Positions 11,261 through 23,915 of a stretch of DNA of 64,000 bases are shown in pieces; position 1 is the first letter of the stretch; each line of letters opens with the position of its first letter. The position numbers were made by a program, and so were the translations under genes. The notes under the pieces were generated by a model. It searched no databases, was not told the origin of the DNA, and saw nothing but the letters and a program-made list of their open reading frames with translations. Origin of the DNA: Leucoraja ocellata (Eukaryota); assembly GCA_036785375.1 (NCBI GenBank), contig JAWMAR010000531.1:310001-374000 (forward strand). The letters are read 5' to 3'.

Positions 11261-12685
11261 ATCCCTCATTACTGAAACAACAGCTTTGATTATGTACGTC
11301 TCCTTTTTCCATTGATGCACATAGATTTCTGGTTTGTTCTCCCGGCTTAGCCATCTAGGACCTTGCCAAGTTTACTGGTTCAAGTTTGAAGAAGGGTCCT
11401 GACCTGAAGTGTCATCCATCTTTTTGATGTTCTTAATTACTCTGACACTGCTATATCTGTATGTTTGACTATATGTGCAGCTGTAGGAGTTTCCCCTCAT
11501 GTAATTATAAGTAATATGATGAAGTTCCAGTAAGCTAGCAGCACATTCAGATGAGTTTGGGCCTGCAACATTTCTCCTTGGTTATAGAGATCGATGGTAT
11601 TGGGCTGCAATGATTTAGGCTGTGAGTCACCTTCTGCCCTGCTCGTGAATTTGCAGTATTCAAGCTGCAGAGAAGCACCTTGGCTGAGTCTGAAGAGCAG
11701 ATTTTTGTATCACTTGCCTTTCTTTGATGGGAAACTGTAGATGGGTGATAAGTTAGAGCTCGTTTAAGTGTCAATTACAGCATCCTCCACACAGTCTGTT
11801 TCACCTTCTATTCAGATAATTGGTAAAGAAAGTGAGAGGAGGATGGTATTTAACACCTATAGTGTTTCTCTGTTCTGATTCTCTTGACCTTACCTTTTGA
11901 GGTGACAACATCATATTTTTATGTTCTGTGGGAAAAAAAGTACATCTTGATCTTAAAGTCTTAGGTGTAATATTAAGATTGCTGCCCCTTGTGTTGGATT
12001 CCCCCACCAGTTTCTCTTTAGAGCCATGTCATTGAGCTTTGGGCCTCATGCCTGTTCCTTAGCAATCATTTTTTTTCCTTATTACATTTCCTTGGCTTAG
12101 TTACTGCTGAAACCCTCATCCATTCCTCTAGTAACAGTACTATTCCAACGTCCATCCCTCTCCCCTGTTGGTTTTATTCCAAATGTTGCTATCATGTTTG
12201 AGCGGCCCCTGCCCATGGACTGCTAAATCGCTTTCAAACTTTATGTTATGCCTTTTACAAAGTACAAGCTCTGGTATTTGTCGTTGTGGTTCAATGTGGG
12301 CAATGTCGCTCCTATCAGCTGAGCAGACTGGAGAAGGCCCCGACCCAGAAAGTCATTAGTCCATTTCCCTCCACAGGTCCACAAGATTCCAGTACTGTAT
12401 CTGCAGTCTCCTGTGTCTCCATTAACTCTGTCATAGTGTCATTGTTAATTCATGCTCCAATCCAATCTTGCCACCAATTTTTGTGCCATTGGCAAACTAT
12501 ATAATTATCCAATGTCAGCTATTTCTCATCTGAATGAAGCAAGTAATGGAGGTCTTGCTCAGAGCTTGTTGGATGCCACTGGTTGGTTCTTCCAATGTAA
12601 AGGAGCAAATGAATGGGAATGTGTATAAAGAAGATTCCGCCTTGACGCTCAATTCTGATTTCAGACCATGATCATTTACAGAGTG

Positions 12686-12942
12686 AGGGCAGCACAGCGG
12701 TAGAGTTGCTGCCTTACCGTTCCAGAGACCCGGACCCGGGTTCGATCCAGACTATGTGTGTTGTCTGTACAGAGTTTGTGCGGAATCCGGTTTCCTCCCA
12801 CATTCCAAAGACATACAGATTTGTAGGGTCATTGGCTTGGCAAAATTGGAAATTGTCCCTAGTGTGTGTAGGAAAGTGTTAGTGCGCGGGATCACTGGTC
12901 GGCGTGGGCCTGGACCTGTGTTTCAAAACTAAACTAAACTAA
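12686..12942 (+). mobile_element. HE1/V-SINE (tRNA-derived)
   Basis: GCACAGCGGTAGAGTTGCTGCC (A box), CCCGGGTTCGATCC (B box), GGTTTCCTCCCACATTCCAAAGAC (V domain), (AAACT)n tail. Confidence 0.9.
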
Positions 12943-13799
12943 GAGTTTTTTTATATAAGGTGCAATACATGTCCTTTTGACTGGAGATTAATCTTAAATC
13001 CAGACCTGTCCAATGTGACAGTATTTGGGGTCAATGGCCTACTTCTGCTCCTATGTCTTATGATCTTATTTCTCATTCTACTTTGGATACATGTGAGGAC
13101 ATTGTTAACCTGGTTTCTATTGAATTGTGAGCCACATTGTATAATTTGGTATAATACTTGTATTTGTACATCCAGTGAAATGGAAACAATCATTTAATCC
13201 ACTAATCTAATGGGGTCATTACTTTAAGTTGGAAGCCAGACATCTTTAGTGTTGATTTTCTAATAGTCAGCAGGTTTTGTATCAGGGTGCGGTGCTTAGT
13301 AAAGAGGCATGGAGTTGAGGATGAGTAATCACTCCTTAATGCAGGTACAAGCATGCATAATACTACATTGCTGTGCAAAAGAAAAGTAGCTGTGACAAGC
13401 TTGGCATTGAGTATTGAAACATTTCAAGAAAATATGATATTTTAACTTTTATGGTGACTCATGTCTGAGCATTCGTAAACTCATTGTGAATATGTAATAC
13501 CCCTTTTTGGTAGTCACTGTTGATAGCTCTTCCTCTCCTAATTGGTGAACCAGTGTCTCGAAGACAGCACAGGAAAGGCACATTGAACTTGCACCTACTA
13601 TCTAGGACTAACACTGAGCTCAAACTAAGCAGCCGTATTTAACTTAAAAAAAAAAAAAGATAATTGTGACTCAACCCTAGTTAAGAAAGTAGACAGTTAA
13701 AAGTCTGGAAATTAGACATGGCGGCTTAAATTTCCTCAGCTTGGTTGGCAGGGCTTGTATCTTAGAAAGTTGAGGACCCGCTCCATAATATTTGATCTC

Positions 13800-14230
13800 T
13801 GCTGATAGTCTTCCACTGAATCAAATTTTGGGGTTCAAGCCCTAGTGCCAGTGACTTAAGGACAGCTGGGTTCATGTGTGTGTGTATGCTTGACTGAAGG
13901 AGTGCTGCTTGGTGGAGTTGGCCTCTTTAGTTTGGGATGTTAAACCAAAATGTGTCTTCCTCCTCAAGTAATGTTAGGGAGCCCTCAGTGTTATTCAAGG
14001 GGAGTAAGTAAGTTTTATTTTGCTGTTCTACAAGCATATCTTACAAGCAACATCCCAAGTGGATAACATTGTTGCTGCTTGCGGAGGCTTGCTTTGTGTA
14101 AAACTGGTTACCCATCATTATAGTATTTTGCGTCTACCTTGGTGTATGCCAACATCTACAGTTCCTTCCTACACATTATAAATGCACTTGCAGTTAAGAA
14201 GTATTTCATGAATTGTAAACTACCCTGAAA
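13800..14230 (+). mobile_element. Near full-length degenerate DeuSINE-like element
   Basis: GGGTTCAAGCCC B box, ACTGAAGGAGTGCTGC, GATGTTAAACC, CATTGTTGCTGCTTGCGGAGGCTTGCT. Small PLE tail inserted at ~14130-14175. Confidence 0.55.
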
Positions 14231-14281
14231 GGTTTATTTGCTTCTAAAAACATATTTACTGTTTACTCATCAATCATACTT

Positions 14282-14426
14282 GAGGTGGGAGATTGCAACG
14301 TTCACGTGGTCCGCCATGTTTCGACGAATGCAATCAACCTGGCGTGCACTATCAAATAAGATCAAATAGAACAAGTTGTCCTCCAACTTTAGGTTGTGCC
14401 CGCCATACGCAAGAAGAAGACGAAGA
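14282..14426 (+). repeat. Short CpG-rich retroelement 3' tail ending in (GAA)n, possibly RTE-like
   Basis: CpG-rich block ending CGCCATACGC-AAGAAGAAGACGAAGA. Confidence 0.4.
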
Positions 14427-16084
14427 TTGATTCTACTTGCCCTGTTTCCACTTTAAAATAATTTTCTGTATGTGAATGCTGTTCATGTTTTCATACATCA
14501 GAGCGCATTTGGGAAACTGAACATTCTTTATTTTCAGGGCTACCTCCAGCACTTGTAGTCAAACATGTGACCACTCTCCCATTTCTCATACAGAGTGGTT
14601 ACAGAGTGAAGGTCACACAACACCATTTCATAAAGCATTTCTAGGTTTGGCATAGCAAGTGTCAAATTCAAAGTAAACTTTACATTGCCGCATCATGCAT
14701 AGCCAAGGACGTTGTAATTTAAGTTAAGTTCAAGAACAGTATCATGTTTTACATTGACAATTTGACGTAACCTCAGACTTTGAATCCTGAACTTTGAATG
14801 TCGTGCTTATAATCAGTAAACTAATCATTTGGATCTGCTAGAAAGAAATAATCATGTTTAAATTATTGAAACATTTACCTTCTGATAAATGGGTTGACAC
14901 TGCATCAGATTCATTTAATGTACAATCTAACAGTGGAAGCTCATTTTAAATCTACGTTGCCATGGGAAAATGGTAAATGGACCATCACTGAGACTGGAGC
15001 TTCCACACAAATGGAATTTGTTTGTCAGGTGACCTGTACCATTTTTCTTCTGGATGTAGCAGCATGATTAGTTTAATTATATTTCTGACTCTTCTCCGTA
15101 CACTCTTAATTGTTTGGCCATTATGTAGAGTGGTAGCTTAAGCGTCATTGCAAATTTAGAGAGTGCTAAGTGTTTTAGTTCATTGAAGCATTGATCATAT
15201 TGTAGCCACTGTGTGTTTATAGAGGTTGTATATAAGAAGATGCCCTGGTGTGTGGTTGCTCCCTCAACCTTAGATGATTACCTTTATGAGGATAGGAAGT
15301 CAGTCTTCTAGAGAGAGCCTGTGATCAATCGATAGGATCCTTTCCCCCTCGCTGTTGGCATCTTTCACCTTAGCTGCCGCCATATTGTGCAGTTGTTTCT
15401 ATTGGATTGGGGATTTGCATCTGAATTTGAAGGGGTAAATAGAGTTTAACTCATCAGTGTTTCAGGAACAAATTATGTGGAGAATTTATTAAATTTGCAG
15501 ATATTCCATTTTAGCACTTTTAGATTTTTTAAGGAACATGGATTTATCTGGATGATCGATATTGGTAATTATCAATGATCTGTTTCTTTGTTTCTGATGG
15601 TAATACTGCATTTTGTTGGTTATTGCTCCATTAGTTGTTTGATCACCACTATTATAGCATTGGTAGTAGATTTTCCTGTATACAGCAGGATGAGTCATGA
15701 GCAGTTTGTCATATTCCATTTTAAGTTAAACTGGATTTTGTGTTGTCACTCCAAGTCAAGCCAGTTTAAAGAAGAAGATGTAACTGTAGATTATCGGGCA
15801 TTAAGAAAAACTTGAGGAAAATTAGGTGACTCTTTTTCAGATGGCCTCTCGTCCCCTCTCTTATTCTTCCTCATTAAGCCACCTTGTATTTAAGGTGAGG
15901 ATTTTTCCAACTCAGATACATAAAACTGTGTAGCAGAGAAATTAAGGAGCCCAAGCAAATGACAATTAATTTGTGACTTTAGGCGAACATCCAATTCGCT
16001 TATTGTGAATGGTCCTCCCCCCCCCCCACCCTCCCCGAGCACTAGTCTGAGGGGAATAGTAAAATTAATGGTTAATGTGATTAA

Positions 16085-16229
16085 GAAGGAACTGCAGATG
16101 CTGGAAAATCGAAGGTAACCAAAAATGCTGGAGAAACTCAGCGGGTGCAGCAGCATCTAAGGAGCGAAGGAAATAGGCAACGTTTCGGGCCGAAACCCTT
16201 CTTCAGTCTGAAGCATTTTTTTGTACCTT
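16085..16229 (-). mobile_element. Short PLE-derived element (family 2) with 16-bp TSD
   Basis: TGGTTAATGTGATTAA at 16069-16084 and 16230-16245. Near-identical copy at 51751-51874. Confidence 0.85.
16179..16206 (-). ncRNA. Minimal type-I hammerhead ribozyme motif, intact core
   Basis: Minus strand CUGAAGA-A-GGGU-UUCG-GCCC-GAAA-CG-UU: conserved core, 4-bp stem II with UUCG loop, palindromic ACGU stem III, GUU cleavage triplet. Confidence 0.7.
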
Positions 16230-17129
16230 TGGTTAATGTGATTAATGGTTAATGGTATAAAGTGATTCCAATGAGAACAGGATTGTGGAGTGGGGAATGT
16301 TACACCAGCCACAGTAACCACAGTATAACTTATATTTGGGTCTGTTCTTTAATATATGTTTTCACGTCTGCAGAACTATTATGAATTCTCAAGGAATTCA
16401 AATCAACAAAACAAGCAACGTTGGGGACAAATTGTTGGAGTATATTTTCCCTGATTGCATTTGATCTATGATTATTTTAAAAAGTATCAACCGTGGGAGA
16501 GCAGAAGCTTGTTAGAAAAATTGGGAATCCTTCAGTGTGCTTTCCTTTGGGAAGTCCATTGACTAGAAGCATGGATACATTGAGCACCAAAGGCAGGGGA
16601 ATGAAGGTGAGTCAGATGGAGGCGATAAATTGAAATTACAGCATGTGTGGGATGAATGTTCAGCTGACTAGTGACAGGTGTGACTCTGGCCCTCTGTATG
16701 ACATTAAAAAAAAACAGGAATGTGTTGGCATCTCCTTTCTTCACTGAACGCAGCATCGCATCAGTACCTGGTATTGGACTCTTAATATAACTCATATTCT
16801 GATACAAAGGGAATGGGGTATTATCCAGTGCTACCTGTTGTTTCACAATTTTTTCAAGACAGCCTTTATTGAGCTGCAGGGTGTACTTCAAAATCAATTG
16901 ATACCCATTTTAGTAGAGGAAGCAGTGCAGAATGCAGGTGAATGTTGTGTGTGGAGGCCATCCTTGTGTAATTAATGTTTTGGCTAGAAGCATTGAATGA
17001 CGTCCTGTCTGGCAGCAATGCAGAATGCAACCAAATATTCATGACCCCAATTAAATTATATGTTGCCTCTCATAACCTGAGAAAACCCAATAGCTCTTTG
17101 CAGACAATACCACATTTGATAAATCTATT

Positions 17130-17420
17130 ACTTGCTCGGTGGGGGGAAATGTGGCAGCTTGTTTACACATAGCAAGATGCCACAAACTGTATCATGATAA
17201 TGACCTTGTATTAGTGACGTTAGTTCATGGATAATTATTGGCCAGAAGATCAGAGAACTCTATTGCTCTTTTGAACAAATGTCATTTGACAGGCAGGCAG
17301 GGATTAAACACCTCCTTGGAAAGATCCCAGTTCCGACAGTGTGGCACTTCATCAAAGCTGAACAGCCAGGATTTCATGAAAGGTTACAATCTCACAACTC
17401 TCAGAATTAGAAACAAGCTG
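17130..17420 (-). mobile_element. DeuSINE-like element
   Basis: GGAAATGTGGCAGC...CACAAAC...GATAATGACC...ATTGGCCAG...GAGAACTC...TGCTCTT...CCGACAGTGTGGCACT matches the reverse complement of the 13800 family. Confidence 0.6.
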
Positions 17421-17774
17421 ACATGCATGTACTGGTTACCAGCAGAGTGAATTGAGGTCCTGAAATTCGGTGAATAATTCTGGAGGTACATTTTGGTTAA
17501 GGCTATTGTTGCCCATTGTCCCAGAGGAGTGAAGCAGTGTTTACAGCTGTGTTGCTTATGCCCTAGAACATGGAACCTGCAAACTAGAAATTGTTCATCT
17601 GACCCAGTTAGATTTTGAATGTCTGTCTGTGAGTATGTCCTAGATAGAACTGAAGTGTGATGAAATACTGAGAGATGTAGTGCAATTACACAACTGAACA
17701 CCTGTTGCTTTATTAAAGCTATTAAAGATCTGATGATCTAAGTGGAAAGAAGCGGGGTTACTCTGCACCCAGGA

Positions 17775-18060
17775 TCCAAAGTATTGGAGTAACTCATCGG
17801 GTCTGGCAGCATCTCTGGAGAACGTGGATAGGTGATGTTTCAGTTCGGGACCTTTCCTCAGTCTGATTGTAGGGGGGGGAGAAGAGAAGAAAGCTAGAAA
17901 AAGGGAAGGGCAAGATATAGTGTGGCAGGTAATTAGGTTGACACAGGTTTAGAGGTATATGAGCCAAACCCAGGAAGGTGGGATTAGTGTAGATAGGGCA
18001 TCTTGGTCTGTGTGGGCAAGTTGGGTCGAAGAGCCTGTTTCAATGCTCTATGACTCTTAT
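17775..18060. mobile_element. PLE terminal repeat followed by a CR1 tail
   Basis: GGAGTAACTCATCGGGTCTGGCAGCATCTCTGGAG repeat, then GGGCAAGTTGGGTCGAAGAGCCTGTTTC...CTATGACTCT. Confidence 0.7.
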
Positions 18061-18124
18061 TTGTTTCGGTTGTGTCTTGTACTTATCAATTGTCGTCAAG
18101 TAGTTGCTGATTTGAACTCCAGCA

Positions 18125-18500
18125 GAGGCAGGTAATGTGGAAATGATAGTTCCTGCTATGATGTTTTGGCCATTGTGGAAACATGGTTGAGATCGAGACA
18201 TGACTGGAAACTCGATGTTCCCAAGTTTTGAGGCTTCAGATGTGATCGCGATGGAGGCAAAAGAGGTGGAGGAGTTGTGCTACTGGTCAGGGAGACTGTC
18301 ATGGCGGCACACAGAGATGACATACTGGAGGGTTCATCCACTGAGGCAGTTCATCCACAGAGCTTAGAAATAAGAAATCTGCGTGCATTTTAATGGGTTT
18401 GTACTCTAGCCCTCCCAATAGCAAGCGGGAGATACAGGAACAGATAAGTAGACAGATTACCAAAAGATACAAAGCAACAGGGTTGTCTTAGTGGGTGCTG
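18125..18500 (+). mobile_element. CR1 ORF2 endonuclease fragment
   Basis: YDVLAIVETWLRSRHDWKLDVPKF*GFRCDRDGGKRGGGVVLLVRE. Confidence 0.85.
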
Positions 18501-18655
18501 GACTTCTTCTCAATGGCAGGAGTGAAATGAGAGTGTAGCCAAGGGTTGTCAGGATCCTTTGATGATGCTGGCTACCTTTTTGAGGCTGCACCTCCTATAG
18601 ATCACTTTGATGGTGGGAAAGTCAGTGACCATGATGGTACTGTCCATCATGGGTA
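18500..18655 (-). mobile_element. Rex1/Babar fragment
   Basis: Minus strand PTIKVIYRRCSLKKVASIIK. Confidence 0.7.
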
Positions 18656-19449
18656 CTGACCCTTGGCAAGCTATCCCTTGTGGCCCAGCAGCTACTGTTT
18701 GTCTGCAGCTGCGGCCGGAAAATGGTGGGTGCAGCTGACTATCACTGAAGAATTGTGGAAGTTCCCTGGGTAACTTGGATAGCCTGTGTGTGTTGTTACA
18801 CAAGAGCGTGGAGCAAGATGTGAACTTTTAACCTTTGCATTTACTCTTTAAGTTCACTCATGAAGAACATCTACTTAAAGTTACCAATTGATAAACACTC
18901 CAGCCCTGTCCATACACCCTGTTTGCGATCTGAATTCTCTGCATCAATGAGCTCGGATGTAGGAACTTTACCTTTTCTGAACAATCGATTGCCAGATTAT
19001 CAGACTTTTACTGCATCTGCTTCTGCCTCCATGCAATCTCAGCCCTGTAGTTCTTAGGGCTTTTAAATGATGGGCACCCATTCTAGGCAGTTCTTGTGAA
19101 CTGGCAAGTTGGTGACTACAGGTTGGTGACCTGTCCAGCAATCAAACACGGTACACCATACCACTCCAATTTTTAAGGCTTATTGCAAAATACATAATGT
19201 GTTACATTTGCAGATAATTTCTCTGTTATTGGGATTTTGGTTTCAGGTGGACTCCACATTTAAAAAAACTCAACCTTGCTGAATAATTTACTACATCTTC
19301 ACATCCTACATTATTATAATTCATTGATTTTAGATGCCTGAGCACGGGAAATGGAATTTATTACGATACAATTATGCAGGGGGCATTTATTATACCTGCA
19401 AAATGCATGTACTTTCATATACTGATCTATTTATTTATGTTGAATAAAT

Positions 19450-19730
19450 AAATATCTGCGGGCCCGAGATGTGTTTTCCCAGTCTCGCATGCTTCTTCTT
19501 GTCTGTCAGGAAGTTGATGATCCACTGACAGGAGGGGTTCAGGCACAGTCAACTGGGAGAGTTTGGAGTGTAGTAGCTCTGGCACAATGGTGTCGAATGC
19601 AGAGCTAAAATCCACAAACAAAATCCTTGCATAGGTCCCCTGGCAGTCTAAGTGCTGGAGGATGAAGTGCAGGCCTAGGTTGACTGCGCCATCCACTGAT
19701 CTATTTGCCCGGTATACAAACTGCAGGGGG
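19450..19730 (-). mobile_element. Rex1/Babar RT fragment
   Basis: DGAVNLGLHFILQHLDCQGTYARILFVDFSSAFDTIVPELLHSKL. Confidence 0.9.
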
Positions 19731-20135
19731 TTCTCAACCCCATTCTCCTACCTTCTGCCCCTAACCAATGACAGCCGTATTGTCAATCTCCGCTTTAAAA
19801 ATATCCATTGACTTAGTCTCCACAGGCGTCAGTGGCAATGAATTCCACAGATTTACCACCTTCTGGCTCAAGAAATTCCACCTCAGCTCCTTGATAAAGG
19901 TATGTCCTTTTATTCTGAGGCTATGGCCTCTGGTCCTAGATTCTTCCACTAGTGGAAACATCGTCTTCACATCCACTCTATCCAGGCCTTTCACTATTCG
20001 GTAAGTTTCAATGAGGTCCCCCTCATCCTTCTCAACTCCAGCGAATACAGGCCTAGTGCTGTCTCATGCTCATCATATGTTAACCCAATCATACCTGGGA
20101 TCATTCTCGTAAACCTCCTCTGGACCCTCTCCAAT
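19731..20135 (-). mobile_element. CR1 3' fragment
   Basis: KGLDRVDVKTMFPLVEESRTRGHSLRIKG...FLSQKVVNLWNSLP. Confidence 0.92.
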
Positions 20136-20186
20136 GTGGGATATTATTCACTAATCATTAAATTTCTAAATTTAATCTGATTCACT

Positions 20187-20502
20187 GGGACTGCACGGTG
20201 GCGCAGCGGTAAAGTTGCTGCTTTACAGCACCAGAGACCCGGGCTCGATCCTGACTATGGGTGCTGTCTGTATGGAGTTTGCACGTTTTCCCGTGATCTG
20301 CATGGGCTTTCTCCAGGAGCACTAGTTTCCTTCCGGACTCCAGACGTACAAGTTTATAGGCTAATTGGCTTGGTAAAATTGTGAATTGTCCCTAGTGTCA
20401 GTAGGATAGTGTTAGTGTGTGGGGATTGATGGTTTGTGCAGATTCAGTGGGCCGAAGGGACTGTTTCTGCGCTGTTTCTCTAAACTAAGAGAAACTAAAC
20501 TT
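20187..20502 (+). mobile_element. HE1/V-SINE, full length
   Basis: GCACGGTGGCGCAGCGGTA A box, B box, V domain, GGGCCGAAGGG...CTCTAAACTAA tail. Confidence 0.92.
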
Positions 20503-20962
20503 AAAAAAAGCTATGCTTTAAAATAGGAAAAGTTTCTGCATTGTGAACTTTCTCCAAGTGTATACACTGAAGGGGATGGAAGAATAAGCAAACTAAGGAA
20601 GGTACTAAAAGTTCCAGCCATGTCTCTTTGTCTACTTGTGACTGATTGAAATGTTGACAGTCCAAACATATCTAAACTTGACTCAGCAGCCTGAAGAAGA
20701 ACATTGTTACTAATGGATACTGGAATAAATGATTCATCACAGTGAGCTGACTTCACTAAAGCACCACAGAGGGCTGGCTGGGACTTATCAGCAATTGACT
20801 GATTACACTTATTTGAGTTGTATTACGAAACACGTCAGCTTAACTCTTAATGAAAATTAAAATAAGCCTATAGATGTTGGAAATCTGACATATCGGTAGC
20901 ATCAGTGGAAATGAGAAACAGTTAAAGCTTTAGGTCCAGACTCTTGAAAGGAACTAGACCCG

Positions 20963-21340
20963 ACGACACGGTAGCACAGCTGGTAGAGCCGCTGCTTCAC
21001 AGCTCAGAGACCCGGGTTCGATCCTGACCTTGGATGTTGTCTGTGTGGTGTTTGCACAGACTCTCTGTTACCCTGTGTGTGTTTCCTATTGGTGCACCGG
21101 TTTCCTCCCACATCCCAAAACGAATTTGGGTTTTGTAGGTAAATTGCCCCAAATGTGTCGGGAGTGCCAACGTGGAATAGCACAGAACCAGTATGAACGG
21201 GAGATCGATGGTCAGCGTGGACGTGGTGGGCTGAATGGCCTGTTTAATGGGGTGGCACTTAGGCCCACCTGCCTGCATTTGGCCCACATCTCTCTAAACC
21301 TATCCTATCCATGTACCTGTCCAAATGTTTCTTGAATGTT
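20963..21340 (+). mobile_element. HE1/V-SINE followed by a minus-strand CR1 tail
   Basis: A/B boxes and V domain at 20963-21245. CCCACCTGCCTGCATTTGGCCCA...TCCATGTACCTGTC at ~21262-21340. Confidence 0.85.
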
Positions 21341-21849
21341 AAAATTGCCGCAGTGCAATTTATAGCTGGTACAAAACAGGTAGAGGAAGTGAATGGTTAA
21401 GATGCATTGTGAGTTTTCTTCGAGTGTATAATCAGAATGGGACCTAAAGATAAGCTAGCATTTAGAGAGCTATAGCTGCTTCCAGCTGTACCCCTTACAG
21501 CTGTAAGTGTAGATAATCAAACGGGTCAGAATTCAAACAGTCAAAAATCATCCCATCTTGTGATCATCATAGAGAGCTTTGACTGTGCTAAGGGGGTGCA
21601 TGAGCAGCTTTGTCATGACGTGGATCTGCATGAAAGGTATTGGAGTTGAACTTGCCACACAGGTGGAAAGTATTCCATCATACTCTTGGGAGTTTTGCTA
21701 TTGGCAAGTTGGGAAGTCCAATGGCAATTCATTTGCAAAAATATTACTCAGCCTCGTTAATGCTGTTGTTTCTGCAGCATTTATGTGGGTGATCCATTGA
21801 GCTTCTAGTTGAAGGTGATTGGTGTTGATGTCAGGAGTGTCAATGGCAA

Positions 21850-22460
21850 TAAAACAGAAACTGCTAGAGCCAGTCAGTAACTATTGAGAGGGGACATTCC
21901 AAAATCTTTCATCAAAACTGGGGAAAAAAAAAAAAAAAAAACATTTTAAGCTGCAGAGAAAAGATGGAACAAAATGAAAGGGAGACCAAGTGGAGATAAA
22001 GTGGAGACCATAAGAGAATAAATTGTGGGATTGCAGGCTAAAAGATGTAATGAATACAAGGCATATCGAGGGAAAAGTAAATTGGGGGAGATGAATGAGG
22101 TCTGAAATTCAGGAGAGGGAAGGGGAGAAAAAAAGACTGAATCCTAGAAGTATGAGATATGAGGCGAGAATGACTGATTCCCTGAAATAGTTAATTAGGT
22201 CTTAAGTTCAGAGGACTCTAATGTGCCAAGTCGGCAGAATGAGACGCTGTTCTTCTGGTTGATGTTGAGCTTCATTGGAACACTAAGGAATAGAAATCGG
22301 AATTATAGTATTGGTATAGGATTAAAGTGCCAGGCAAATGAAGCTCAGGCTCACTCTTGCAGATTTAACAGGACTCTGCAAAGTGGCCATCTAACCTATG
22401 TTTGGTTTCAGCAGCATAAAGGAGACTATTGTGAGCTTCGAATGAAACAAATAAATTGCA
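21850..22460 (-). mobile_element. Penelope-like element remnant with GIY-YIG endonuclease C-terminus
   Basis: Minus strand reads ...LLYAAETKHRLDGHFAE... and CSNEAQHQPEEQRLI..., degenerate forms of the PLE LYIGETKRRLGDRFAEH and EAQRKLEEQHLIF motifs. Confidence 0.7.
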
Positions 22461-22499
22461 AATTATCAAAGTAAATTGCTCCTTCACCATTTGCTCCGA

Positions 22500-22830
22500 T
22501 CTGGATCTGGATAGGATGTTTCCAGTCGTGGGAATGTCTTAGACCAGAGGGCACAGCTTCAGAATAAAAGACCTTTAGAATAGAGATGAGGCAGAATTTC
22601 TTTAGCCAGACGGTGGTGAATCTGTGGAATTCATTGTTATAGATGGCTGTGGAGGCCGTCATTGGGTATTTTTTAAAGCCGAGGTTGATAGATTCTTGAC
22701 TAGTAAGGGCAAGAAAGCAGGAGAATAGGATTGAGTGGGAAAAAATAGATCAACCATGATTGAATAGTGAAGCGGACTCGATAGGCCAAATGGCCTAATT
22801 CTGCTCCTATGTTCTTCTGATGTTGGTCTT
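22500..22830 (+). mobile_element. CR1 3' end
   Basis: AGACCAGAGGGCACAGC...GGTGGTGAATCTGTGGAATTC...AATGGCCTAATTCTGCTCCTATG. Confidence 0.9.
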
Positions 22831-23699
22831 ATGATACAGGCAATGTACCAGAATTCCCATGCAGCACAAGACATGCATTCTTCAGATCCTAGGTGTTCTT
22901 TGATGCCTCTATTTATTATATCGGCTCAAATGCTATTTAAATACGTCAGGAGTCAATTTGCTTGGCTCTTTTTATTCACTGGAACACTGATTCCTATGTT
23001 CTTTTCAAATTCACTAGTGTTCAGTTTCTGTTTTTTAACTAAGTAGGATTCTACATCACAAAGGGTTTATTGGCTGATCTTCTTTTAAACACTGGACTTT
23101 GCTGCTTGGTCTTCTTTGCAACTGAGTTAGAGTCTGCCTTCCAGCCTTTTCAAACCAGGAGAGCCACACATATATTTGATGTCCACATGAGAAGAAGAGA
23201 GGGAGTGGAGACAATTTATCGAAAGGAAGGGCACCATTGACAGTGCAATAGTCTCAGTACAAGATTTGTGTTCAAATCTTTAATGTGGAATACAGCCCCC
23301 AGTCTTCTATTATAACAACCGATGGTTCAATGGTGTTTTGTTTTCAGATATGCGTCTGCACAATTAACTTCCTTTTTTCATATATTACACATGTGGATGC
23401 CGCCATTTATTAACGCCATTATTCAAAGTCCCGTCAGCCCACGCACTCGATGTACTGGAGTATTTACCAGCGAACCGACGTCCCTCTTCTCTCCTCACCC
23501 GGCCATCTTTGTGTTCTGGGTGCCCCGCTTGCCTCTGACCTCCTACCCCGGTTCAACCCCCCTAACGGCCCATTCCTAGTGGCCGGCGTCTCCAGCTCCC
23601 TCCCTGTTACGCTCTCCGACAAATGATTTGCAATTGAAAAATAAATTATAAAATGTGCAGCTCATTGGCTTATGGTATGTGAATATATATGAAAATATC

Positions 23700-23915
23700 A
23701 ATGCATTTTTAAAAATCTGCTCTTTTTCTGTAATTGTAACGACATTGTGCTGTAACAATATTCTGCATTCTGGTATTTTTTTTTCTCTTTGCACTACCTG
23801 TTGTACTTGTGCGTGGCTTGATGGTATTCATGTATAGTATAATTTGACTGGATAATATGCAAATTAAGGTTGTCTCAGTAACTCAGTACACATGACAATA
23901 ATATACCAACCAATT
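23700..23915 (+). repeat. LINE 3' UTR tail (Rex1-like); second copy at ~62490-62650
   Basis: Both copies share CCTG.TG.ACTTGTGC...TGTA.AGTATAATTTGACTGGATA and end in an AATAA signal. Confidence 0.55.

Noticed and set aside
14538-14644. Possible exon after a strong acceptor (TTTTCAG) containing a 12-bp hairpin
   Set aside because: Donor GTTTGG is weak and the peptide is unrecognisable.
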